A stretch of DNA of 64,000 nt from Eledone cirrhosa (GCA_964016885.1 OZ024741.1:411122001-411186000); one strand, 5' to 3'; shown: positions 45,308 through 60,620, counted from the stretch's first letter. Notes: a model not told the origin generated them from the letters alone. A program made the numbers and translations.

Positions 45308-46170
45308 CATCATCATCATCATCATCATCAGCGTTTAACGTCCGTGTTCCACGCTTGCATGGGTTTGGACGGGGGTAGTCCCACTTGAGGCAAGAGTGAT
45401 TTTCTTGCTCGCATAGGACTGTCTGGCAGGTTTTCTACAGTTGGATGCCCTTCCTAACACCAACCACATTTACAGTGTGGGTCTGGGAGGTTTTTACCGT
45501 GTTGCCTACACGGCCACATTACAGCGTGGACTGTGTGTTTTTTTGTCGTGACACCTACACGATCTCATTTGTTTCGGCCTCGATGGCGCGGCACCAACAT
45601 AACTTTACATAGAACGGGGTGGTGTGGATCGGGTGGGGGTGGTGGGACGGGGTGTATTTGTTAGAGATGCCTACTGGCTGGAGTAGGTTTTACTATATAT
45701 TTAGGTAAGGCGGGTCTTCTCTGTTACTGAGTACCGCCAAAGGTCTCGGTCCAGTGACATTGTCTTGGAGAGGTGTAAGTGTGTGATGTCGGAGTTTATC
45801 AGCTCGTCCCAGGTTTTTCTAGGTCTGCCTATTCCGTGACTACCGTCTATCTTTATTGCCCTGCACTTTGTTATACAGCTATCGACTTTCATGCGCATCA
45901 CGTGTCCATACCAACGTAGCCTTCTCTCGAGTAAACAACATCTGATCCCTCTTATCTCTAATTTATTCCTTAGTTCGTTTATGCTTTGCCGTTCACGTAT
46001 ATTACTGTTACACATCCAGCGGAGCATGCAAGCTTCGTTCCTCTCTAGTCTGCGTATATCCTCTGCACACAATGCCCAGGTCTCACTGCCATGCAGCATT
46101 GCTGTTCGTATGCAGGCATCGTACAACCTGCCTTTCATTTTTAGTGAGAACCCTTTAGCAGCTAATAGTG
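45308..46170 (-). mobile_element. 5'-truncated copy of the same RTE family (ORF C-terminus, 3' UTR, (TGA)n tail)
   Basis: ORF 45701-46138 is nearly identical to 6097-6534 (MKGRLYDACIRT...KTRLT). The UTR is the reverse complement of 6535-6900 with scattered substitutions. (cat)n tail at 45308-45330. Confidence 0.95.
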
Positions 46171-49100
46171 ATATAATAATAGTGATATAATAATATATCT
46201 ATAGTGATATAATAATATATCTACAGTGATATAATAATATATCTACAGTGATATAATAATATATCTACAGTGATATAATAATATATCTATAGTGATATAA
46301 TATATCTAGTGATATAATAATATATCTGTAGTGATAAAATAATATATCTATAGTGATATACTATATCTACAGTGATATAATATATCTATAGTGATATAAT
46401 ACTATATCTATAGTGATATAATAATATATCTATAGTGATATAATAACATGTATCTATAGTTATATAATATATCTACAGTGATATAATATATCTACAGTGA
46501 TATAATATATCTACAGTGATATAATAATATATCTATAGTGATATAATAATATATCTATAGTGATATAATAATATATCTACAGTGATATAATATATCTATG
46601 GTGATATAATAATATATCTATAGTGATATAACAATATAGCTATAGTGATATAATAATATATCTATAGTGATATAACAATATATCTATAGTGATATAATAA
46701 TATATCTATAGTGAAATAATAATATATCTATAGTGATATATCTATAGTGATATAATATATCTACAGTGAAATAATATATCTACAGTGATATAATAGTATA
46801 TCTAGAGTGATATAATAATATATCTATAGTGATATAATAATATATCTACAGTGATACAATATATCTATAGTGATATAATAATATATCTATAGTGATATAA
46901 TAATATAGCTACAGTGATATAATAATATATCTATAGTGATATAATAATATAGCTATAGTGATATAATAATATATCTACATTGATATAATAATATATCTAC
47001 AGTGATATAATAATATATCTATAGTGATATAATAATATATCTATAGTGATATAATAATATATCTATAGTGATGTAATATATCTACATTGATATAATAGCA
47101 TATCTACAGTGATATAATAATATATCTATAGTGATATAATAATATATCTATAGTGATATAATAATACATCTATAGTGATATAATAATATATCTTCAGTGA
47201 TATAATATATCTACAGTGATATAATAATATATCTATAGTGATATAATAATATATCTATAGTGATATAATAATATATCTACAGTGATATAATAATATATCT
47301 ACAGTGATATAATAATATATCTACAGTGATATAATAATATATCTATAGTGACATAATAATATATCTATACTGATATAATAATATATCTACAGTGATATAA
47401 TAATATATCTATAGTAATATAATATATTTATAGTGATATAATAATATATCTATAGTGATATAATATATCTATAGTGATATAATATATCTACAGTGATATA
47501 ATAATATATCTGTAGTGATATAATAATATATCTATAGTGATATAATGATATATCTATAGTGATATAATAACATATATCTACAATGATATAATAATATATC
47601 TATAGTGAAATAATAATATATTTATAGTGATATATCTATAGTGATATAATAATATATCTATAGTGATATAACAATATATCTATAGTGATATAATATATCT
47701 ATAGTGTTATAACATATCTATAGTGATATAATAATATATCTATAGTGATGTAATATATCTACAGTGATATAATAGTATATCTACAGTGATATAATAATAT
47801 ATCTATAGTGATATAATAATATATCTATAGTGATATAATAATATATCTATAGTGATATAATAATATATCTATAGTGACATAATAATATATCTATACTGAT
47901 ATAATAATATATCTACAGTGATATAATAATATATCTATAGTGATATAATATTATATCTATAGTGATATAATATTATATCTATAGTGATATAATAATATAT
48001 CTATAGTAATATAATGATATATCTATAGTGATATAATAATATATCTATAGTGATATAATAATATATCTATAGCGATATAATAATATATCTATAGCGATAT
48101 AATAATATATCTATAGTGATATAATAATATATCTATAGTGATATAATAATATATCTATAGTGATATAATAATATATCTATAGTGATATAATAATATATCT
48201 ATAGTGACATACTAATATATCTATACTGATATAATAATATATCTACAGTGATATAATAATATATCTATAGTGATAGAATAATATATCTATAGTGATATAA
48301 TAATATATCTATAGTGATATAATAATATATCTATAGTGATATAATAATATATCTATAGCGATATAATACTATATCTATAGTGATATAATAATATATCTAT
48401 AGTGATATAATATATCTAGTGATATAATAATATATCTGTAGTGATAAAATAATATATCTATAATGATATACTATATCTACAGTGATATAATATATCTATA
48501 GTGATATAATACTATATCTATAGTGATATAATAATATATCTATAGGGATATAATAACATATATCTATAGTCATATAATATATCTACAGTGATATAATATA
48601 TCTACAGTGATATAATATATCTACAGTGATATAATAATATATCTATAGTGATATAATAATATATCTATAGTGATATAATAATATATGTATAGTGATATAA
48701 TAATATAGCTATAGTGATATAATAATATATCTACAGTGATATTATAATATATCTATAGTAATATACTATATCTATAGTGATATAATATATCTACAGTGAT
48801 ATAATATATCTACGGTGATATAATAATATATCTGTAGTGATATAATAATATATCTATAGTGATATAATAATATATCTATAGTGATATAATAATATATCTA
48901 TAGTGATATAATAATATATCTATAGTGATATAATAACATATATCTACAGTGATATAATAATATATCTACAGTGATATAATAATATATCTATAGTGATATA
49001 ATAACATATCTATAGTGATATAATAATATATCTATAGTGATGTAATATATCTACATTGATATAATAGTATATCTACAGTGATATAATAATATATCTATAG

Positions 49101-49497
49101 TGATATAATAATATATCTATAGTGATATAATAATATATCTACAGTGATATAATATATCTACAGTGATATAATAATATATCTATAGTGATATAATAATATA
49201 TCTACAGCGATATAATAATATATCTATAGTGACATAATAATATATCTATAGTGATATAATAATATATCTATAGCGATATAATAATATATCTACAGTGATA
49301 TACTACATCTATAGTGATATAATAATATATCTATTGTGATCTACAGTGATATAATAATATATCTGTAGTGATATAATAATATATCTACAGTGATATAATA
49401 TATCTATAGTGATATAATAATATATCTATAGTGATATAATAACATACATCTATAGTCATATAATATATCTACAGTGATATAATACTATATATCTATA
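46165..49497. repeat. 22/19-bp satellite segment
   Basis: Same monomer and orientation as the core. Confidence 0.97.
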
Positions 49498-49820
49498 TCA
49501 TCATCATCATCATCATCATTTTATGTCCGCTTTTTCCTTGCTTGCAAGGGTGGGACGGGAACTGATTCTGGCTTGATCTCTACAGCTGGATGCCCTTCCT
49601 AACACCAACCTCATTTACAGTGAGTGCTGGGTGCTTTTTTGCCGTGCCACCTCCACGACCACTTTGTAGTGGAATCTCATTTCTACAGCTGAGTAAACTG
49701 GAGCAATGTGAAATAAAGTGTCTTGCTCAAGGAAACAACACATCACCCGGTCTGAGAATTGAACTCACAACCTTTCGATTGCAAGGCCAATGCTCTAACC
49801 ACTAAGCCATGTGCCTCCAT
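49498..49820 (-). mobile_element. tRNA-derived SINE with CORE-like central domain and RTE-derived 3' tail (copy 1)
   Basis: Minus strand: A box TGGCTTAGTGG, B-box-like GAGTTCAATTC, CORE-like CCTTGAGCAAGACACTTTA...CAGTTTACTCAGCTGTAGAAATG, then GTTGGTGTTAGGAAGGGCATCCAGCTGTAGA (as in the RTE 3' UTR) and (TGA)n. Confidence 0.88.
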
Positions 49821-52800
49821 ACTATGGTCATATAATATATCTACAGTGATATCTATAGTGATATAATAATATATCTATAGTGATATAATAATATATCTAT
49901 AGTGATATAATAATATATCTATAGTGATATAATAATATATCTACAGTAATATAATATATCTACAGTGATATAATAATATATCTATAGTGATATAATAATA
50001 TATCTACAGCGATATAATAATATATCTATAGTGACATAATAATATATCTATAGTGATATAATAATATATCTATAGCGATATAATAATATATCTATAGTGA
50101 TGTACTATATCTACAGTGATATAATAATAGATCTATTGTGATATAATATATCTACAGTGATATAATAATATATCTGTAGTGAAAGAATAATATATCTACA
50201 GTGATATAATATATCTATAGTGATATAATAATATATCTATAGTGATATAATAATATATCTATAGTGATATAATAACATACATCTATAGTCATATAATATA
50301 TCTACAGTGATATAATAATATATCTATAGTGATATAATAATATATCTATAGTGAAATAATAATATATCTATAGTGATATATCTATAGTGATATAATATAT
50401 CTACAGTGATATAATATATCTACAGTGATATAATAATATATATATAGTGATATAATAATATATCTATACTGATATAACAATATATCTATAGTGATATAAT
50501 ATATCTATAGTGATATAACTTATCTATAGTGATATAATAATATATCTATAGTGATGTAATATATCTACAGTGATATAATAGTATATCTACAGTCATATAA
50601 TAATATATCTATAGTGATATAATAATATATCTATAGTGATATAATAATATATCTATAGTGAGATAATAATATATCTATAGTGACATAATAATATATCTAT
50701 ACTGATATAATAATATATCTACAGTGATATAATAATATATCTATAGTGATATAATATTATATCTATAGTGATATAATAATATATCTATAGTGATATAATA
50801 ATATATCTATAGTGATATAATAATATATCTATAGTGATATAATAATATATCTATAGCGATATAATAATATATCTATAGCGATATAATAATATATCTATAG
50901 TGATATACTATATCTACAGTGATATAATAATATATCTATAGTGATATAATATATCTAGTGATATAATAATATATCTGTAGTGATAAAATAATATATCTAT
51001 AGTGATATACTATATCTACAGTGATATAATATATCTATAGTGATATAATACTATATCTATAGTGATATAATAATATATCTATAGTGATATAATAACATAT
51101 ATCTATAGTCATATAATATATCTACAGTGATATAATAATATATCTATAGTGATATAATAATATATCTATAGTGATATAATAATATATCTACAGTGATATA
51201 ATATATCTATAGTGATATAATAATATATCTATAGAGATATAATAATATAGCTATAGTGATATAATAATATATCTATAGTGATATAATAATATAGCTATAG
51301 TGATATAATAATATATCTACAGTGATATTATAATATATCTATAGTAATATACTATATCTATAGTGATATAATATATCTACAGCGATATAATAATATATCT
51401 ATAGTGACGTAATAATATATCTATAGTGATATAATAATATATCTATAGCGATATAATAATATATCTATAGTGATATACTATATCTACAGTGATATAATAA
51501 TATATCTATTGTGATATAATATATCTACAGTGATATAATAATATATCTGTAGTGAAAGAATAATATATCTACAGTGATGTAATATATCTATAGTGATATA
51601 ATAATATATCTATAGTGATATAATAATATATCTATAGTGATATAATAACATACATCTATAGTCATATAATATATCTACAGTGATATAATAATATATCTAT
51701 AGTGATATAATAATATATATATAGTGAAATAATAATATATCTATAGTGATATATCTATAGTTATATAATATATCTACAGTGATATAATATATCTACAGTG
51801 ATATAATAATATATCTGTAGTGATATAATAATATATCTATAGTGATATAATGATATATCTATAGTGATATAATAACATATATCTACAATGATATAATAAT
51901 ATATCTACAGTGATATAATAATATATCTATAGTGAAATAATAATATATTTATAGTGATATATCTATAGTGATATAATATATCTACAGTGAAATAATATAT
52001 CTACAGTGATATAATAATATATCTATAGTGATATAATAATATATCTATAGTGATATAACAATATATCTATAGTGATATAATATATCTATAGTGTTATAAC
52101 ATATCTATAGTGATATAATAATATATCTATAGTGATGTAATATATCTACAGTGATATAATAGTATATCTACAGTGATATAATAATATATCTATAGTGATA
52201 TAATAATATATCTATAGTGATATAATAATATATCTATAGTGATATAATAATATATCTATAGTGACATAATAATATATCTATACTGATATAATAATATATC
52301 TACAGTGATATAATAATATATCTATAGTGATATAATATTATATCTATAGTGATATAATATTATATCTATAGTGATATAATAATATATCTATAGTAATATA
52401 ATGATATATCTATAGTGATATAATAATATATCTATAGTGATATAATAATATATCTATAGCGATATAATAATATATCTATAGCGATATAATAATATATCTA
52501 TAGTGATATAATAATATATCTATAGTGATATAATAATATATCTATAGTGATATAATAATATATCTATAGTGATATAATAATATATCTATAGTGACATACT
52601 AATATATCTATACTGATATAATAATATATCTACAGTGATATAATAATATATCTATAGTGATAGAATAATATATCTATAGTGATATAATAATATATCTATA
52701 GTGATATAATAATATATCTAGTGATATAATAATATATCTATAGCGATATAATACTATATCTATAGTGATATAATAATATATCTATAGTGATATAATATAT

Positions 52801-53900
52801 CTAGTGATATAATAATATATCTGTAGTGATAAAATAATATATCTATAATGATATACTATATCTACAGTGATATAATATATCTATAGTGATATAATACTAT
52901 ATCTATAGTGATATAATAATATATCTATAGGGATATAATAACATATATCTATAGTCATATAATATATCTACAGTGATATAATATATCTACAGTGATATAA
53001 TATATCTACAGTGATATAATAATATATCTATAGTGATATAATAATATATCTATAGTGATATAATAATATATGTATAGTGATATAATAATATAGCTATAGT
53101 GATATAATAATATATCTACAGTGATATTATAATATATCTATAGTAATATACTATATCTATAGTGATATAATATATCTACAGTGATATAATATATCTACGG
53201 TGATATAATAATATATCTGTAGTGATATAATAATATATCTATAGTGATATAATAATATATCTATAGTGATATAATAATATATCTATAGTGATATAATAAT
53301 ATATCTATAGTGATATAATAACATATATCTACAGTGATATAATAATATATCTACAGTGATATAATAATATATCTATAGTGATATAATAACATATCTATAG
53401 TGATATAATAATATATCTATAGTGATGTAATATATCTACATTGATATAATAGTATATCTACAGTGATATAATAATATATCTATAGTGATATAATAATATA
53501 TCTATAGTGATATAATAATATATCTACAGTGATATAATATATCTACAGTGATATAATAATATATCTATAGTGATATAATAATATATCTACAGCGATATAA
53601 TAATATATCTATAGTGACATAATAATATATCTATAGTGATATAATAATATATCTATAGCGATATAATAATATATCTACAGTGATATACTACATCTATAGT
53701 GATATAATAATATATCTATTGTGATCTACAGTGATATAATAATATATCTGTAGTGATATAATAATATATCTACAGTGATATAATATATCTATAGTGATAT
53801 AATAATATATCTATAGTGATATAATAATATATCTATAGTGATATAATAACATACATCTATAGTCATATAATATATCTACAGTGATATAATACTATCTATA
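49821..53900. repeat. 22/19-bp satellite segment
   Basis: Same monomer and orientation. Confidence 0.97.
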
Positions 53901-54223
53901 TCATCATCATCATCATCATCATTTTATGTCCGCTTTTTCCTTGCTTGCAAGGGTGGGACGGGAACTGATTCTGGCTTGATTTCTACAGCTGGATGCCCTT
54001 CCTAACACCAACCTCATTTACAGTGAGTGATGGGTGCTTTTTTGCCGTGCCACCTCCACGACCACTTTGTAGTGGAATCTCATTTCTACAGCTGAGTAAA
54101 CTGGAGCAATGTGAAATAAAGTGTCTTGCTCAAGGAAACAACACATCACCCGGTCTGAGAATTGAACTCACAACCTTTCGATTGCAAGGCCAATGCTCTA
54201 ACCACTAAGCCATGTGCCTCCAT
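53901..54223 (-). mobile_element. Same SINE, copy 2 (duplicated together with its flanking satellite)
   Basis: Offset 4,403 bp from copy 1. Two substitutions seen (gatCtc/gatTtc, gtgCtgg/gtgAtgg). Same right junction (gcctccatactatggtcata) and near-identical left junction. Confidence 0.9.
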
Positions 54224-57200
54224 ACTATGGTCATATAATATATCTACAGTGATATCTATAGTGATATAATAATATATCTATAGTGATATAATAATATATC
54301 TATAGTGATATAATAATATATCTATAGTGATATAATAACATACATCTATAGTCATATAATATATCTACAGTGATATAATAATATATCTATAGTGATATAA
54401 TAATATATCTATAGTGAAATAATAATATATCTATAGTGATATATCTATAGTGATATAATATATCTACAGTGATATAATATATCTACAGTGATATAATAAT
54501 ATATATATAGTGATATAATAATATATCTATACTGATATAACAATATATCTATAGTGATATAATATATCTATAGTGATATAACTTATCTATAGTGATATAA
54601 TAATATATCTATAGTGATGTAATATATCTACAGTGATATAATAGTATATCTACAGTCATATAATAATATATCTATAGTGATATAATAATATATCTATAGT
54701 GATATAATAATATATCTATAGTGAGATAATAATATATCTATAGTGACATAATAATATATCTATACTGATATAATAATATATCTACAGTGATATAATAATA
54801 TATCTATAGTGATATAATATTATATCTATAGTGATATAATAATATATCTATAGTGATATAATAATATATCTATAGTGATATAATAATATATCTATAGTGA
54901 TATAATAATATATCTATAGCGATATAATAATATATCTATAGCGATATAATAATATATCTATAGTGATATACTATATCTACAGTGATATAATAATATATCT
55001 ATAGTGATATAATATATCTAGTGATATAATAATATATCTGTAGTGATAAAATAATATATCTATAGTGATATACTATATCTACAGTGATATAATATATCTA
55101 TAGTGATATAATACTATATCTATAGTGATATAATAATATATCTATAGTGATATAATAACATATATCTATAGTCATATAATATATCTACAGTGATATAATA
55201 TATCTACAGTGATATAATAATATATCTATAGTGATATAATAATATATCTATAGTGATATAATAATATATCTACAGTGATATAATATATCTATAGTGATAT
55301 AATAATATATCTATAGAGATATAATAATATAGCTATAGTGATATAATAATATATCTATAGTGATATAATAATATAGCTATAGTGATATAATAATATATCT
55401 ACAGTGATATTATAATATATCTATAGTAATATACTATATCTATAGTGATATAATATATCTACAGCGATATAATAATATATCTATAGTGACGTAATAATAT
55501 ATCTATAGTGATATAATAATATATCTATAGCGATATAATAATATATCTATAGTGATATACTATATCTACAGTGATATAATAATATATCTATTGTGATATA
55601 ATATATCTACAGTGATATAATAATATATCTGTAGTGAAAGAATAATATATCTACAGTGATGTAATATATCTATAGTGATATAATAATATATCTATAGTGA
55701 TATAATAATATATCTATAGTGATATAATAACATACATCTACAGTGATATAATATATCTACAGTGATATAATAATATATATATATAGTGATATAATAATAT
55801 ATCTATACTGATATAACAATATATCTATAGTGATATAATATATCTATAGTGATATAACTTATCTATAGTGATATAATAATATATCTATAGTGATGTAATA
55901 TATCTACAGTGATATAATAGTATATCTACAGTCATATAATAATATATCTATAGTGATATAATAATATATCTATAGTGATATAATAATATATCTATAGTGA
56001 TATAATAACATATATCTATAGTGATATAATAATATATCTATAGTGATATAATAACATATATCTACAGTGATATAATAATATATCTATAGTGATATAATAA
56101 AATATCTATAGTGAAATAATAATATATTTATAGTGATATATATATAGTGATATAATATATCTACAGTGAAATAATATATCTACAGTGATATAATAATATA
56201 TCTATAGTGATATAATAATATATCTATAGTGATATAACAATATATCTATAGTGATATAATATATCTATAGTGTTATAACATATCTATAGTGATATAATAT
56301 ATCTATGGTGATGTAATATATCTACAGTGATATAATAGTATATCTACAGTGATATAATAATATATCTAAAGTGATATAATAATATATCTATACTGATATA
56401 ATAATATATCTACAGTGATATAATATATCTACAGTGATATAATAATATATCTACAGTGATATAATAATATATCTACAGTGATATAATAATATATCTATAG
56501 TGATATAATAATATATCTACAGTGATATAATAATATATCTACAGTGATATAATAATATATCTACAGTGATATAATAATATATCTACAGTGATATAATAAT
56601 ATATCTATAGTGATATAATAATATATCTATAGTGATATAATAATATATCTACAGTGATATAATAATATATCTACAGAGATATAATAATATATCTATAGTG
56701 GCATAATAATATATCTACAGTGATATAATAATATATCTAAAGTGATATAATAATATATCTATAGTGATATAATAATATATCTATAGCGATATAATAATAT
56801 ATCTACAGTGATATAATATATCTACAGTAATATAATAATATATCTACAGTGATATAATAATATATCTACAGTGATATAATAATATATCTATAGTGATATA
56901 ATAATATATCTATAGTGATATAATAATATATCTATAGTGATATAATAAAATATCTATAGTGATATAATAATATATCTATAGTGATATAATAAAATATCTA
57001 TAGTGATATAATAATATATCTATAGTGATATAATAATATATCTATAGTGATATAATAATATATCTATAGTGATATAATAATATATCTATAGAGATATAAT
57101 AATATATCTATAGTGATATAATGATATATCTATAGTGATATAATAATATATCTATAGCGATATAATAATATATCTATAGCGATATACTATATCTACAGTG

Positions 57201-60015
57201 ATATAACAATATACCTATAGTGATATAATATATCTAGTGATATAATAATATATCTGCAGTGATAAAATAATATATCTATAGTGATATACTATATCTACAG
57301 TGATATAATATATCTATAGTGTTATAATACTATATCAATAGTGATATAATAATATATCTATAGTCATATAATATATCTACAGTGATATAATATATCTACA
57401 GTGATATAATAATATATCTATAGTGATATAATAATATATCTATAGTGATATAATAATATATCTACAGTGATATGATATATCTATATTGATATAATATATC
57501 TATAGTGATATAATAATATAGCTATAGTAATATAATATCTATAGTGATATAATAATATAGCTATAGTGATATAATAATATATCTACAGTGATATAATAAT
57601 ATATCTACAGTGATATAATAATATATCTATAGTGATATAATAATATATCTACAGCGATATAATAATATATCATTAGGGATATAATATATGTATAGTGATA
57701 TAATATATCTACAGTGATATAATATATCTATAGTGATATAATATATCTATAGTGATATACTATATCTATAGTGATATAATATATCTACAGTGATATAATA
57801 ATATATCTATAGTAATATAATATATCTATAATGATATAATATATCTATAGTGATATAATATATCTACGGTGATATAATAATATATCTGTAGTGATATAAT
57901 AATATATCTATAGTGATATAATAATATATCTATAGTGATATAATAATATATCTATAGTGATATAATAATATATCTACAGTGATATAATAATATATCTAGT
58001 GATATAATAATATATCTATAGTGATATAATAATATATCTATAGTGATATAATAATATATCTATAGCGATATAATAATATATCATTAGTGATATAATATAT
58101 GTATAGTGATATAATATATCTACAGTGATATAATAATATATCTATAGTGATATACTATATCTATAGTGATATAATATATCTACAGTGATATAATAATATA
58201 TCTATAGTAATATAATATATCTATAATGATATAATATATCTATAGTGATATAATATATCTACGGTGATATAATAATATATCTGTAGTGATATAATACTAT
58301 ATCTATAGTGATATAATAATATATCTATAGTGATATAATAATATATCTATAGTGATATAATAATATATCTACAGTGATATAATATATATCTATAGTGAAA
58401 TAATAATATATCTATAGTGATATAATATATCTACAGTGAAATAATATATCTACAGTGATATAATAATATATCTATAGTGATATAATAATATATCTACAGT
58501 GATATAATATATCTATAGTGATATAATAATATATCTATAGTGATATAATAATATAGCTACAGTGATATAATAATATATCTATAGTGATATAATAATATAG
58601 CTATAGTGATATAATAATATATCTACAGTGATATAATAATATATCTACATTGATATAATAATATATCTACAGTGATATAATAATATATCTATAGTGATAT
58701 AATAATATATCTACAGTGATATAATAATATATCTATAGTGATATAATAATATATCTATAGTGATGTAATATATCTACATTGATATAATAGTATATCTACA
58801 GTGATATAATAATATATCTATAGTGATATAATAATATATCTATAGTGATATAATAATATATCTATAGTGATATAATAATATATCTACAGTGATATAATAT
58901 ATCTACAGTGATATAATAATATATCTATAGTGATAGAATAATATATCTATAGTGATATAATAATATATCTATAGTGATATAATAATATATCTATAGTGAT
59001 ATAATAATATATCTACAGTGATATAATAATATATCTATAGTGATATAATAATATATCTACAGTGATATAATATATCTATAGTGATATAATAATATATCTA
59101 TAGTGATATAATAATCTAGCTACAGTGATATAATAATATATCTATAGTGATATAATAATATAGCTATAGTGATATAATAATATATCTACAGTGATATAAT
59201 AATATATCTACATTGATATAATAATATATCTACAGTGATATAATAATATATCTATAGTGATATAATAATATATCTACAGTGATATAATAATATATCTATA
59301 GTGATATAATAATATATCTATAGTGATGTAATATATCTACATTGATATAATAGTATATCTACAGTGATATAATAATATATCTATAGTGATATAATAATAT
59401 ATCTATAGTGATATAATAATATATCTATAGTGATATAATAATATATCTACAGTGATATAATATATCTACAGTGATATAATAATATATCTATAGTGATAGA
59501 ATAATATATCTATAGTGATATAATAATATATCTATAGTGATATAATAATATATCTACAGTGATATAATAATATATCTATAGTGATATAATAATATATCTA
59601 CAGTGATATAATATATCTACAGTGATATAATAATATATCTATAGTGATAGAATAATATATCTACAGTGATATAATAATATATCTATAGTGATATAATAAT
59701 ATATCTATAGTGATATAATAATATATCTATAGCGATATAATAATATATCTATAGTGATATAATAATATATCTATAGTGATATAATAATATATCTACAGTG
59801 ATATAATAATATATCTATAGTGATATAATAATATATCTATAGTGATATAATAATATATCTACAGTGATATAATAATATATCTACAGTGATATAATAATAT
59901 ATCTATAGTGATATAATAACATATATCTATAGTCATATAATATATCTACAGTGATATAATATATCTATAGTGATATAATATATCTATAGTGATATAACAT
60001 ATCTATCGTGATATC
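54224..60015. repeat. 22/19-bp satellite, distal segment
   Basis: Same monomer. Ends abruptly at ...ctatcgtgatatc. Confidence 0.97.
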
Positions 60016-60070
60016 TGTTAGAACACGAAAAGTGTGAAACAACAGAATGTTCACTTTTCGTGTTCTAACA
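60016..60070. repeat. Perfect 19-bp inverted repeat with 17-nt spacer at the satellite boundary
   Basis: tgttagaacacgaaaagtg (60016-60034) / cacttttcgtgttctaaca (60052-60070). Confidence 0.9.
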
Positions 60071-60164
60071 TATATGCCTAACTTCTTCATAAATTTTCCC
60101 GGGATAGCCGTGGTGGTGGTGATCGTATGTCATTGGCTAATTTTCAACCAATCAGAGTAAGTGT

Positions 60165-60165
<1 letters not shown>

Positions 60166-60195
<30 letters not shown>

Positions 60196-60620
60196 CTATT
60201 CCCCCTCTCTCTATATATATCTTACGCTTTCGCTTTACACTCCTCCCCTTCAATAACACATTTCCCCCTCTCTATATATCTCTTCCACTGTTACTTACGC
60301 CTGTTTCTCTCTATCTGTTCCGTCTCTATATATATATCTCTCTTACTCTTTCGCTTTGCACTCCTCCCCTTCAATACCATCTCTCCCCCTCTCTATATAT
60401 TTGTTACTCTATCGCTGCACGCTCCTCTCCTTCAATATATCAATTACACACGTTTTACACTCCTTTATCCCCAGCGCCCCTATATATACACCCCCCCTCC
60501 CGCATCTATATTTTAATGTTCCGTTGCACCGTGAATATATGTGTCTATATATATATACATATATATTGTATATACACATTCATGTATGTGTATACACACT
60601 CATGTATGTATATACACTGG
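60166..60620. repeat. (TA)n followed by a CT-rich diverged tandem repeat of about 120 bp and a TA/CA-rich tract
   Basis: tttcgcttt(a/g)cactcctccccttcaata...ccccctctctatatat occurs near 60228 and 60349, with a further degenerate copy. Confidence 0.65.

Noticed and set aside
49750-49818. Standalone tRNA gene
   Set aside because: The tRNA-like head lacks a proper acceptor stem and continues into CORE-like and RTE-tail sequence, so it is a SINE head.
49590-54208. Duplicated 71-aa ORFs MPFLTPTSFTVS...
   Set aside because: They are antisense readings of the two SINE copies.
2324-60015. Canonical recursive (ratchet) splice sites in the satellite
   Set aside because: Recursive sites need AG|GT. 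Monomers read AG|AT (occasionally AG|CT) on the transcribed strand, so no donor is regenerated.
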